The notes beneath the pieces are model-generated. The model saw only the letters and a program-made list of their open reading frames with translations, had not been told where the DNA came from and did no database searches. A stretch of DNA of 52,708 bases, filler included, from Catajapyx aquilonaris (taxonomy: Eukaryota): the NCBI GenBank assembly GCA_000934665.2. It is 3 parts of 3 records of this genome, joined end to end, with 100 filler letters (N's around TTAATTAATTAA, not from the genome) between each part and the next. Parts side by side here need not be neighbours in the genome. Positions count along the whole stretch, not along the records: positions 17,616 to 35,120 come from JYFJ02006940.1; positions 35,221 to 52,708 come from JYFJ02006941.1; 1 more part is not named here. One strand, 5' to 3'. Of this stretch, positions 24,197 through 36,197 are shown piece by piece (position 1 is the first letter of the stretch; each line of letters starts with the position of its first letter). A program made the position numbers and the translations under genes.

Positions 24197-25160
24197 TTTA
24201 AAGAGTATTTTACAGTTGTTTAAAATTGACTTTTATTATACGCAAAGGAAATCAATATTATTTTGTGGCATATTTATTAGATGCTTCCATACGAGTGAAG
24301 GTGTAAAGCCTCATTGAAACAATAAATTAAAAATTTGCGACCAATTAGACAATTCGACAAAGCCTACGTGATACTTTTCCCAATATTGCAACCATTAAAA
24401 AATAGTAATGCCTTGCTTTCAGAAGTGTGGATATTTGAACTCCCTTTCCTAAAGTCTATAAAATCGCTTGCATTTTGTTCACGAGTTGCCTAAAATAACG
24501 GCAGGTATCTACCGGCACAATAAAATTCAAAACAAGATTTATATTGAACCACACTGCCCTAGATAAATCTGATCATTACAGCTGCAAGGCCCTGTGACAT
24601 GGAGCAATATGCCATAATGCAAAGGTTTTATCCAACATTTGCCCCAATTTGTGGACCTCAAGTGTAACTCTTACGCACAACAGGAGGTTTAAAATGTACT
24701 GGTAGTCCGAGATCCACTTGAGTAGCCCTCATATGCTATATACTTGGTTTATACAGTAAGTTATACCACGTAGTTTTCTGCAGGTTTTTATAAATCACTT
24801 GGAAGTCATATAAACTTACTGATGGTATTGATGGGTTTAAAGCCACATTTTTATTTAGGAGAGGACGGTTTTTAATTTACTAAATAAGTGTACCGATATT
24901 CAGTTATCTTTTTACAAAATTGAATCTAAATATTTTTATGTGTAACAGCGCAGTTTTTTGTTCAGAAATAACCAGTTTTAAAAGCCTATTAATGAGCACT
25001 TTGAGGTATTAAGACCCTTAATTGGAATGTTTCAAAGCCTACTTGATAATCAAGTTTTTAGTTATAAATATATGTGAAACGCTTAGCACCCTCTAGTGTA
25101 TTACCAACCCTAACATATTTTTACATTCATCTATGATACAATTTTGGTTTTGGGCACATT

Positions 25161-25422
25161 ATTATTATTATTATTTATTCATACCCCATTGGGACAATCG
25201 GCGCTCCATTAGGGGGGTGGAGTACCACCATTGGATGGGGCCAAGGACATGGAAGGAAGGAAGGAAGCGACTGTGGCCTGTTTTTCGGAATTAACCTGGG
25301 GGGAGGGGACCGTGGGAAACCACAGAAAACCACGGTCAGGGTCGCCGACCCCGCGGGATTCGAACCCAGGACCTCCCGATTAGTAGGTTGACTCCATATC
25401 CACTACACCAACCTGCTTCGGT
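25161..25422 (-). mobile_element. Full-length tRNA-derived SINE, family A
   Basis: Head with TGGTGTAGTGG (A box) and GGTTCGAATCC (B box), (TAA)n tail, TSD GGTTTTGGGCACATT at 25146-25160 and 25423-25437. Confidence 0.95.
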
Positions 25423-25461
25423 GGTTTTGGGCACATTTTAAACAGACACGATAATGTTATA

Positions 25462-25719
25462 TGAAGACCTCGGGGGAAGAATGATCAAAGTCCACCTGAG
25501 GTGAAACTGAGATATTCCAATTTCAAATTTCGAAGGCCTATTTCGAAGGTTCTATTGTAAATCCCACTTTCGGGGCCTTCCATAGTGACCTATGATCATT
25601 ACTCGACAACCACGACCAAACTATCATATTCTACACTAGTAAAACTATCTTCTGAGATATGTAACTCATTTTTGATAGAAAGTGGACCTTGATAATTTAT
25701 TCTTCCCCCAAGGTCTTCA
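25462..25719. mobile_element. TA-flanked MITE
   Basis: TA|TGAAGACCTCGGGGGAAGAAT...ATTCTTCCCCCAAGGTCTTCA|TA. Confidence 0.75.
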
Positions 25720-27434
25720 TATAATAAGAAAAATGATTCAAATATACGTATCCCTCTCTATAAGCACATCATATCTAAAGTCGTAGCTGAAAACACCATC
25801 AACGACATCCCTCAACATCCAGCATATATAACCTCGCCCCCCTCCCTCCCTCCCTCCCTCCCTTCCTCCATCGTCGCCCACCCCTCTCCGCCAATTTCCC
25901 TTTGGCTCGGACTCCCAGCCAAGCGAGTTGGTAATAACTAATAAGCATTGGAGTGCAGCCATTTGCTAGGCGTGCTGGGAGGTAAATGAGAGGAGGGGGG
26001 GGGGGGNGGAAGTGGGGGGAGGTACACAAAGGCAACGCACCCCTCCTGCCCCCATCCTCTTGCCCTTCCAAGCCCCAATCCCCTACCATACAGGCCATAT
26101 ATTCCCCTGCAGAGTCCCACCTCATTTCAGCCGCGTTAGTACGGCAAAAGCTGTCTAAACTCGAACCGCCCAGTTGTCTGATGGTTTCAAGGAGGGGAGG
26201 GAAAAAAACCTGGGGCGTGTCAGGGAGGGGAAGGAGGGGGTGGCGGGGGTGGGTGTGGAGAGTGGAATAATGACGCTAGGCTAGTAATGCCTGCCCGATG
26301 TCGCCATCTGCATTGGATTAGAGTCATATTTGCAGGAAGTAGGCATACTGCAGTTTGATAAAACTAACACTAAGATACACTTAAAATTTTGTGCAAAAAG
26401 GATTCAAGCTTCTTCAATGTTGTAAACACGTCTCTAGACTGGTAAGTCTAGCAGTGACCACCACGTGGTGTACAATATACAATGCTCAATACGACTGTAT
26501 GTCATGCGAACTCTCCATCACTGACAATATTAGTATGCAAACATTGTTCACTTTCGTGTCTCATTTGTTATTGTGGACATACTACGAGTATTAAAGGTGC
26601 TATGAAGGTCACGTCTATATAGTACCCAACTTTCGCTGCCTATGATTATATATCAGGGTGAGTGATGTGAGAAACAGGCCAAAAATTGGCCATCGTATTA
26701 GGTCGCGACCAGTGGCGGTAATTGGCTTGCACCTTTTAGAAAAATTAATTAGCTTTTTGTGCCAAGTAGTGCTGTGTGTCACTTGGCCTGTCCACACGTC
26801 AAATGGAAGGTGCGGAGGTGATGGTCATTAATTTTGAAGCATTCATCATTGTTGCATCATGCGGGATTCAACTCGTATACGGTACTCAAAATTTCATAGT
26901 CATTCAAGGAGATGTATGTACTTTAAACCTAATATAGAAAGGCAATAATTTTTGCATCGAATGAAAACATTACTATTGGGTCAGGAAAATAAGTAGCGCC
27001 ATATAGTCTGAGAGACACCATCACTTCTAGCACGTGATATGACTTACTCTTGAGGCAGGAAACAAAGAAGCCTTGTAGATACTTTTTAGTTACCAATTTT
27101 TTGCACTAATCTGCTTATTATTTAAGCAGTCCCTTAGAAGTAGTTTTTTAAACCACCAAAACCAACTGTTCCAAAGAAATCCATTAAAATAAGCAGCGTT
27201 TGCTTCCACGGATATTTCAGTTGGAATGGCCTGCGTATCATTGAGGTGCAACATGATGGCAAGATGATAGGTATATGTATACACTGCTTATGGAACCTCT
27301 GCTTCTGTATAGCTTTTTTTCAATAAACAGAAAGAATGCAGTTTTTTTGTGACAGTGAAAAGACTAGTACAGTAACGCTCTGTAATCCTCCGATTTTATG
27401 GCTCAAGAAAGCAACAGAAACTTCTACTAATCGA

Positions 27435-27630
27435 TGTCGTGTGTGTGGGTGTCAAAATACATTAATGCAGTATAAAATTGTGCAGGTGTCTCAAAAATGG
27501 CCATGTCGGATGGCTAGCACTAAAACCCCATCAGAAAATGTGTGCCCCAAGTCTGCATTTTGCAGATAACTTACTGGTTGGAATATGGGTTGTAAAAAGC
27601 AGTGGAGACAGCGTCCGACACTTTCCCCAC
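27435..27630 (+). pseudogene. Possible decayed THAP zinc-finger domain
   Basis: CRVCGCQN...KW...P..NVC, then SLHFADN after a frameshift, then a frameshifted A(V)PTL-like motif. The order matches the THAP C2CH plus AVPTIF signature. Confidence 0.4.
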
Positions 27631-29875
27631 TCAATCTAAGTTGAAAGCAACAAGCTTTATAAAAAATAATGATGAAATAATACTTTATTGCCTATACCGG
27701 TATGTGGGAGGCAAGAGTATAAGGATGACCATATATCATGGGATGAGTCCAATCGGAATGCTTGACATAACCATCTTCTGGTTCGCCTTATCCCAAAGCG
27801 GATGCGGTTTGGATGAGAGGTGATTTTGGACAGAAGAGGAAGGAGATAGGGTGCAGGGGGTATATGCAAATTATGGGGACCTGGAGGGAAGGATGGCGGC
27901 AGGGGGTGGGGAGGGGTGGGGGGAGTGAGCTCGGAAGAGAGCCAATTTTGTGGAGGCGGCCGTGTCCGGCATTGCTGCTGCTGGGTCTGATCGATGGCGC
28001 CCACCAGCGCAATCAGAGAGGGAGCAGCCAATGGGAAATCTAATTTTCTGGCCTGCTGACCACTGGGCTAGTGCTGCGAATGTGCAGAATAGCCTACCCA
28101 TTTCATACCCCACCATCGCCTCACACCCTCACCTCACCTTTCATTTTCATACACTATATAGCCTATCCACTTTTTGCTCCTGAAAACTTGTACTCGCAGT
28201 GCCTGCATCATTCATGCACTAATATGCAATTATCTCAATGTTTTGTACACCGGAACACTTTTCATGACATGTAATAAAAATCATTAACTAGACCTGCAGA
28301 CCTGTGCATATACACTATAACTTAGGCCTTGGGGGAGGGGAGCATTTCCTGGTGCTATACTCGTTCAATGACCTCCACATCATTAGTGTATATTGTGCAT
28401 GCCTACCACTTGACAGGTGACTATGGCAACCTTTCTGGTCACGTGATCCATCCTGTAGGGGCTATACCACAAGGATTTGTTTTCGACATGGGTTGATTTT
28501 GATAATAAGTTTGTTGTTTTTCACTAAATGAAAAAGCTTAAAACTTAAATAATTCGAATGATTTATTATATATCATAGGCCTACTGCATAATCTCATTGA
28601 GCTTTGTAGACTACATACTGTGTAATTATCTCAGTGCAGTTTTTACATGACTTCATAATATTATGTTGCCTTCTGTTGAATGTAAGGAAGTACTGTAAAC
28701 ATGCGCTGCTTGATTATCCCGTAGCCGAATGTAATAAATAGTTTGGTGACAATATCCTGTGGACGTTCTTCTGCATGTCGGGCGTATGATGACTGCCTGT
28801 TGTTGACGAGTGGTCTGGTGACCATTGTGATGTCTGTTTCCTCTTTATCCGCTGCTGTGTACCGCCTGCACAAGGTCCAGCAGACAGGTAGTGAAAGGCT
28901 GACACCCTATTAGACTACCGTTTTGATGGCTAGAGAGTGGTGCAGCCGGTCGGTGCTGGGCTATAGACGCAATTATGCGGGAAGCAAAAAAGGTTCCGCC
29001 GTCACAACAGAGGATCCCTGGAGGAAGAGACCGTATCTGGGAGCCCTCCCTCCCCCTGAAAACCACAAGGCAAAGCCGTGAAAGGCCTCCAGTTTTGGTA
29101 TCCGCTCAGCCAGAAAGTCATCGGTAGCGTTTGAAGGTAAACGTGACCTTTGTGCCGGATGGCCTGCAAGGGGAGGGTCGGCTTCCCCGAGCTGCCACAA
29201 TTTGCAACGCTTTTTGATTCGCATCCATGGATACTCTGAGGGGCCTGGGGGTCGTCGTAATTTTTCGAGACCAGCGGACCTCAGTGGATCACATGCTCGT
29301 TGCCCCACCCCGTTAAGTAAATTGGTGCACCTCACTGAACCTTTACATGCCTGCCCAACCATCTGTGCGCGTGTGTGTGCGTGCTTGTATGTGTGTAGCG
29401 CGAGCGAGGTTGGGGGATGGATCCAGAAGGACCATTTTCTATCACTCTCTCCCTACCCTCGCTTTAAAAAAAATGAAATATAGATTTACCCGGCTCTAGT
29501 GTATACCGTAATTATTTCACTGCAAATTTTTACATACAACATGGCCAGTGCTGCATCCCCTGAAAGCGTCCATGTCATTGTTGCACTTGTTGCGCCGCCG
29601 CATGTGTGTGTTTGTGTGTTCTGGTAATGTTTGCACTTGATGCACGGTGGAACAAAAATAATTATCTTTGTTTTGGGGGCAGTGAGAATGCTGTGCATAT
29701 TTGAATTGCGCTCCAATAATTTCCATATTTTAAACACCCATTGCTATAGTCAAACTGAAATGACTGTGTACTCTGAACCGCAGTGTGGTTGACGCTGCTC
29801 CCGCTATTTACAATATTTTACGCGCCACCAGGCTGTTCTATTTTGGAGTGAAGTAATGTTAAAATTAGGTTTTTC

Positions 29876-30031
29876 CCAAGGGGTTAACCACTCGACTGTA
29901 AAGTGTACACTGGAGTACCAAAATCAAGGAGTACCAAGGAGTACCAAAGAGTAAAATATCTAAGGAGTATCTGGGAGTACCACTGCAAGTGTACTCTACA
30001 TCGGAGTATACCTAAGTGGTTAACCCCTTGG
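29876..30031. mobile_element. Small MITE-like element
   Basis: 17-bp perfect TIR CCAAGGGGTTAACCACT / AGTGGTTAACCCCTTGG and internal GGAGTACC repeats. Confidence 0.7.
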
Positions 30032-30370
30032 TTTTTACTCTTGAAAGTTAAAATTAACCTTTTACATTTTGTTATTAATAATGGCAACGACCTAAATACT
30101 CACGATCTGCAAAGTATACTCTATACTGTGTGTTCAGAATTGAGTTGTCAGCCGTATAAGTTGAACTATTTGCTGAGGATCGCCCCTGTGAGCACAGCAC
30201 CTTCAAAAGTTTGCTCGAAACTATACACATATACTATTGTAAATCACATTTAATGGGATTTCTATCAACGGCTATTTCCTGCAGGGAAGTCAGCGAAAGT
30301 GAGCCTCCGCAAGATTTTTGCTTATACAAATCGGATGCTGAAGCACTTGTTATAAGACTAGTACGGAGTT

Positions 30371-30664
30371 AATAATTATTAATAATAATTCATACCCCGT
30401 TATCAACCTATCGGCTCTTTAGGGGGGAAGTTTTGTTTTTGCCTGGAACTCTTTACTTTCATTTTACTGCGCTTTTTGGGATAGGATAGGGACGGAAGGA
30501 AGCGGCTGTGGCCTATTAATTACGGAAGCAACTCCGGAATTTTCCTGGAAGGACCGTGGGAAACCACAGAAAACCACGTTCAGAGTTGCCGGCTCCGGGA
30601 TTTGATCCCAGGACCTCCCGATTAGCAGTCGGACACCACATCCCCTACTCCAAACTGCTTCGGT
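30371..30664 (-). mobile_element. tRNA-derived SINE, family A
   Basis: Homologous to 25161-25422. Near-perfect TSD GACTAGTA(TA)CGGAGTT. Confidence 0.9.
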
Positions 30665-31926
30665 GACTAGTATACGGAGTTTGTATTATTCTCAGGCTTC
30701 TGGCAAAAAGCAGCTCTCATCCATACGCATTTGTCTCGGTGCTCCCTACCGCCCCTTTACATTATTTGCACACATGGTTTTTAAAAGCCCTGTATACGCG
30801 TGTAATTACAACAAACTGTAGCGTGTAGCCTATACCAATCCGGTCCAAATATAAAGTTCATTGGCCGCAGGTAAAACTGACACCTTGTTTTTCCTGTCGT
30901 TGTATTCAACTGAACTACACTTACGCTATACTGCATACCCATACTGTGGGTAGTGTGGTGAGTAACTCCCACATAATGGGAAAGAGAGCGATTCCTGAAC
31001 CTATTCCGAGAACAAAATGCTCCAGATAATCTTTTATTTGGATATTATCATTGGGATCATAATTATGAGAAAATCAACCGTCAATTTTCCTGACATGCAG
31101 TATGACTGTTCCGGCTGACAGTCATGGCACTGGGCTACTATTCTCGATATACAAGTGGTTTAATGCGTTGTATATTACCTTACCGACACGCCACATATGG
31201 GTGATCTCAGTAAACTTATTAGTATCTAATCATGGTTACGGAGTATAGGAGATACGTAGACAATATTTGTTTTGCCAAAACCATGAATAATAGAGATCAT
31301 CCCCCCCTAAGAGGTCCAAGGAGGCCTATCACTAGGTATTCATTATTAGAGATCATCCTGCCGTTTATGGTATCCCCACCCATCCTTGCTGCAAGGGTTG
31401 TCTAATGAGCAGGATATACTCTGCAGTATACCATAACAAAATATTAATATGGCATTATTTCGCCCTCATGAAGCCTATCTCCAAAATCAGGGAGAGGGAC
31501 ATTTACGTCACGTGTTTTCCATATGTATGATACCCTGCACGTTTCAAGTTATCACATAATATACCGTACGTACTGTACAGTACCATAACAAATCTCGCGG
31601 ATGCTAATTTACACTCTCACCCGTGACCTCACCGTGACGTTTGGAGTGGAATCCTAAACACCGTTGAAAAGCCCGTAAAGTGGGATTGCCAACGTTGTGT
31701 GCAACTCACTGGTAAAATTTAAGGTGAGGCGACAGGAAGTGTAAAAACATATTATCGACCGCCAGAGTTACGGATGGGAGGTAACTTATGACCACGTTCG
31801 GCATCGGGTACTGGGTCTCAATTAGTTTCGGGCACTTTATCCTGGTCTTGAAGCAACCCTTCACTCACACACCATAGGGCATGTGCGAAGGGTTGCTTGG
31901 GGGAAGACATACTCTAGATGTTATAA

Positions 31927-31985
31927 ATCACACGAGTGTTACATGCTATACTATAATATAGTATAGCATGTAACAGTCGTGTGAT
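31927..31985. repeat. Near-perfect 59-bp palindrome
   Basis: 29-bp arms, one mismatch, 1-nt centre. Confidence 0.95.
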
Positions 31986-32709
31986 AACTATACCTATATG
32001 CGATGAGTGTTGACGGACATTAAGCAGAAGGGCAGAGTTAGGGAATTAGTAGTATATGATAGAGTAACCCGTCACTCGGAACTTACATAATCCTGACATA
32101 AGTCATTCCTAAATTCACCTGCAAGCTATAACCTATATTATAGATATTATATAGAGATAGTGTTGTAAATCAGTTCGGAGAACACGAGGAACAAGTCGCC
32201 GGATCAGGTCACGGTGTCCAACTGCCTTTGACTGCACCGTGGGTTGCCGCTTGTGTCTAGGGGACGGCAAATGTGTCTGGTCGTCTACCTCGTTACCCGT
32301 TGGTCCCTCGACATCTCTCTCCCGTACATTTCCCTAGTAAGAAATACGCCGCTGTATATAGTTTAGTGAGTGTTAGAGCGAGAGAGAAGCACACATGCTG
32401 TGAGACAACGCTAATGATGATGCATGAGCTCGTCCTCCCATCCGCCATAACTCTTCCGCGTCGTGTAACATATATTCTGGGGTGTGCAATGTAGCACGGA
32501 TGTCAAGACCGTCTGGTGGCTCTAATTTACTGTCGGAGCGGAGCTGGGTGGGCGCCTCCAATTATGCGCGACACGGAAAACCATCGATTGGTGATTTTTA
32601 TCGTTTTGTTTCACGGGGGGTATCCGGTGGCTCTTCCATGGCCCTCGACAACGGATTCGAGAGTTCTCCATCTCCCGAAACAAACATTGCCTCGAGGATC
32701 CGTCTTGAG

Positions 32710-32770
32710 TTCGCCATTTTACAAACTGTCATCTAGACTCCCAACACTATATATATAGTATATATACCTC
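32710..32770 (-). promoter_or_regulatory. Candidate Pol II core promoter (TATA, Inr-like, YY1/Pho-like motif)
   Basis: The minus strand reads TATATATA, then ~31 nt later ACAGTT, then AAAATGGCG, within a CpG-rich stretch. Candidate GTAAGT donor at 32086. Confidence 0.4.
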
Positions 32771-33152
32771 TCTGCTATATGCGGCTGCAGACAGGCGCCG
32801 TTGTCTCTTTGTGCTGGTCCTCGTTTTTTGTGTGGGCAAGATGTGATTTGTGGATGCAGTTACGAGTATTTCCACTCTAGTCGGCCATGTTGTGACACTC
32901 GCTGCAGTTGCTGTGACCGATGGCGCGCAGTTGTCAACTGATGCTGTGCAGCCATATATTGACGGTCTTGGGCTTTGTGGGAAGATACGCAAACAACAAT
33001 TATACACCCTACTTTGCACTAATTTATGCTAAGATGGGCCTGTAATTTTATGGCATAAGATAATGCATTGTTTTCTAACATAATTTTTCTACATATATAG
33101 GAATACAATGCGTTTCAACTGAAATATTGAATGTATAGGGTTAGCGATTTTC

Positions 33153-33942
33153 GGATAAACTATTCTTTATCCGCACCTTAACAACACGGTCGGTGTTAGG
33201 CCTCCCGACGGTTGGCAACGTTGCGTCGCAAACAATCGGGTGCCTATATTGATACTGCTGCATGGTTACATGGAACTGTGCTTTATTCTTCTTTTCGGGC
33301 TTTCGGGGATTCAATTCGGGATTTTGAGGTGATTAAGTGGATGGAATAGCCATTTGTCTTGGTGTTGCTGTATATCTTTTTGTTACCGCAACAGTACTAC
33401 TGTACATTGTTGTGGCCCTGCCAGGCACGGTACGTCGCCCGTGCGTGATATTTTTAGTTTTTGCGGAGCGATAGCGGAGCTGGGCGCTTATTGTGGGTTT
33501 CTGTATCCGCAACATTTACTGTCCGTCTTGTGGCGCCGCAGGCCAACGAACGTTATTGTGGCTTTGGCAAGCGCGAAGTACACCTTCACACAGTCATGAC
33601 GCCAAGTTCCGCCCGCCACCACCCGGCTCTCCCCTCCAATCATGCCCAGGACTCACTCTGCAGGCATACTACTGCACACGCTCAGAAAACACGGCTGGTG
33701 TAACATCATATCGTTCTTAGGGTTTACGGACTGCAGCAACCATCATGGCTTTCATATTAATTTCTCACCTCCTTCATTAATACTGTGGTCCTAGCACTCG
33801 TCTGAACGGTTCGCGTGGCAGGGGTAAGAAGACGCCCTTTGTTATGCTCTCCCGGCAACCGGTTGTTTGCGACGCGTAGCCAACATGTTTGGACCTGCCA
33901 ATCCCACCGCGTCGCTAGGTGCGGATAAACGATAGACTTTCC
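33153..33942. mobile_element. Non-autonomous DNA transposon with GG...CC ends and 8-bp TSD (Merlin- or MULE-like)
   Basis: TIRs GGATAAACTATTCTTTATCCGCACCT / AGGTGCGGATAAACGATAGACTTTCC and TSD CGATTTTC at 33145-33152 and 33943-33950. A homologous copy lies at ~48178-48780. Confidence 0.8.
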
Positions 33943-34017
33943 CGATTTTCTCCCACTGAGTTGCTTATTTTTTATATAAAAGTATACCGTATGTTACAAA
34001 ATAACAATAAATAAGTA

Positions 34018-34080
34018 CAGGAAGTCCCCGGTTTACGAACGACCAGACTTACGGCGATACTTACGAACGGGCTCCCAAGG
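34018..34080 (+). mobile_element. Left end of a pogo/Tigger-like element
   Basis: TA|CAGGAAGTCCCCGGTTTACGAAC with repeated CTTACG motifs. No right end seen. Confidence 0.55.
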
Positions 34081-34458
34081 CTCCTCAAAATGATAATTTA
34101 TAATATTATTCCTCCACTTTCAATCACTTCTGCGTATATTGAGCGACACCAAGTTCAACATAAACAGTGTATAATAAATAAATAATTGGGAAACTACGTA
34201 CTTCCGCACATATCCTCCTGTGACCCGATGTCCAATATATTGGACATCCATATTTAATTATTTAATGTCTTGCTATGAAGTGCGAAAAATTTGGTATTTA
34301 TCTTTGTCTTAATGCAGAAAGGAATTTTTCGGAATTTGTAAAATTATTATCACCGTATGGAATAAAAACTTTCATGATACTGTACTTTCTTCTCCTTGCA
34401 AAGGTTGTGTTCCACCTTGCATCACTTCCAAATTACAAATGCTATTTCGTAGTATTTT

Positions 34459-35120
34459 TGTCGATACATATCGGGAGATATCACTCCAGCCGATAGATGG
34501 CAGCATTCACCCCCCATACAAATATATGCGGTTGGTAGTCGCTCATCCAAGTGGACAGGTGGTGAAACTATTCTGTGTATAAGCTATCAGGAGTAGGGTA
34601 CATTCTACGAATCTTCTTGGTCTTAAACGTAGTAGATAAATCTGGAACGATTATTATATTGTTAATTAATAAAGAAAAGATCTGAAGAACCACTCAAGAA
34701 GTGTAGTGTGTTGTATGAGTACAAGGTTGGAAATAAAGGGGGACTCCAGACAAGATGGCTGACCGAGTTGGACGTGTTTCACTAGGGGGGCTAAGTAAAA
34801 GACTCGAATAAAACATGGTGGCAGCGGTGGGATCCTGAATACTGACTGGCCAGCATCAGGAGACACCCCAGAACGAGTAACGAGTCGAAGTGAGCTGCAA
34901 AGGGGGCCAAGGCGGAACTCAGAAGAGGAAAGAGTGAGATCGATAGTATCGACAGTATTGAAGAGGGGTAGTGCCGGCCTGGCAGCACGCACGCTAGTCA
35001 AGCGAGGCCTAGTGAGAAACTGAGTGCCAAGGAGTGACTCTCAAGTGGATTTTTAGAGTCGTCATGTCGAATGACGACGCAGTGACAACTGCCACGCTGA
35101 CCCAAACGACGGGGGTGATG
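34459..35120 (+). mobile_element. 5' LTR, PBS and leader of an LTR retrotransposon (probably Ty3/Gypsy), cut by the contig end
   Basis: ...AATAAAACA at 34815 is followed directly by TGGTGGCAGCGGTGGGAT (34816-34833), complementary to a tRNA-Leu 3' end. The LTR start (TGT at 34459) is tentative. An ATG at 35064 stays open to the contig end. Confidence 0.8.
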
Positions 35121-35220
35121 NNNNNNNNNNNNNNNNNNNNNNNNNNNNNNNNNNNNNNNNNNNNTTAATTAATTAANNNNNNNNNNNNNNNNNNNNNNNN
35201 NNNNNNNNNNNNNNNNNNNN
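35121..35220. other. Artificial contig spacer
   Basis: N44-TTAATTAATTAA-N44. Confidence 0.98.
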
Positions 35221-35436
35221 AGGGTCGCGGTCGCCTTAATTTCGACAGGGCGCTTTTTCGACAGGGCGAATTTTCGGAAGGGGCGCATTTTCGGCAGGGC
35301 GCCTTTTGGCAGGGCGAATTTTCGGAAGGGGCGCCTTTTCGGCAAGGCGAATTTTAGGCAGGGCGCCTTTCGGCGCCCCCTCCGTGATTTTAAGGGGGGG
35401 CAATGTACCCCTGCCCCCCCTAGCGTCACGCCACTG
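35221..35436. mobile_element. End of a hAT-like element with a 14-17 bp GC-rich minisatellite
   Basis: Terminus ...CTAGCGTCACGCCACTG (CAGTGGCG on the other strand) and tandem TTTTCGGCAGGGCG units. Confidence 0.7.
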
Positions 35437-35672
35437 CAGGTGCTCGCAGTTGCTTTTTGTCAATCACGACCGCACTCACATGGTTGTTGGTTGTCATTCA
35501 TCATTGGTCACTCCGTTGACGACATACTCCAGGTAATAGTTGCCAGCTCTCTAGCGGTGGTGCGTGGTGGGTAGGCCCTGGCGGGGACGCGTAGCGCCGA
35601 AGGCGCGCCAATTGGGGCGCAGCCCCAAGGGGGGGTGTGGGGGGGCGGAGCCCCCCCGCCTCGCAAAGCGAG

Positions 35673-36197
35673 TCTAATATATATAAAGCCCCTAAATAAA
35701 GCCCCTAAACGAGGAGGATGTAGGATATAGGATGGAAAAGATTTCGCACTTCCCGAGGTCGTAGAGCTGTGGTCGAAATTCCGTTGGATTCCTTGCAGTC
35801 GATATACATTGTCCAAAAATCCTCAAAATCCCAAAATTCCCAGCCGTTTTCGAGATGGCCAAAACCCGACTTTTGCACACCCCACATGGAGCACTGGTTG
35901 TCGTTAAGCCGGGAGAGAACAATGGCCCATTCACCCTCATCTCCGGAGACCTCTCAGCTCACATCTGGTTACACCCACTCCTCCTGGCCCCCACCCCACT
36001 TTTCCTTTTTTCACCATCCGTCAGCTAAGGGCGCATTCTCATACCGTCATACCTTTGTGGACCGTGACGTCACGGGTTCTGTAAACGGATGGATTTCTGT
36101 AACCGGATGGATTAGGCGGGACACGGGCACCGCGCCGAAGGCGCGCACGTGGGGCGCAGCCCCACGGGGGNGGAGCCCCACCGGCTCGCAAAGCGAG
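35673..36197 (+). mobile_element. Helitron-like element with non-canonical CGAG end, preceded by the 3' end of another copy
   Basis: 5' TCTAATATATATAAAG. A 3' array of four GC-rich hairpins ends CTCGCAAAGCGAG|T. The same array at 35594-35672 abuts the TC start. Confidence 0.6.

Noticed and set aside
25345..25422. tRNA genes (also at ~18330-18403, ~20310-20381 and ~42305-42370)
   Set aside because: These are SINE heads attached to bodies, tails and TSDs.
28973..29362. ORF containing EYPWM, resembling the Hox hexapeptide
   Set aside because: The underlying DNA resembles 10730-10810 in contig 1, so it is a dispersed repeat. No homeodomain is visible.
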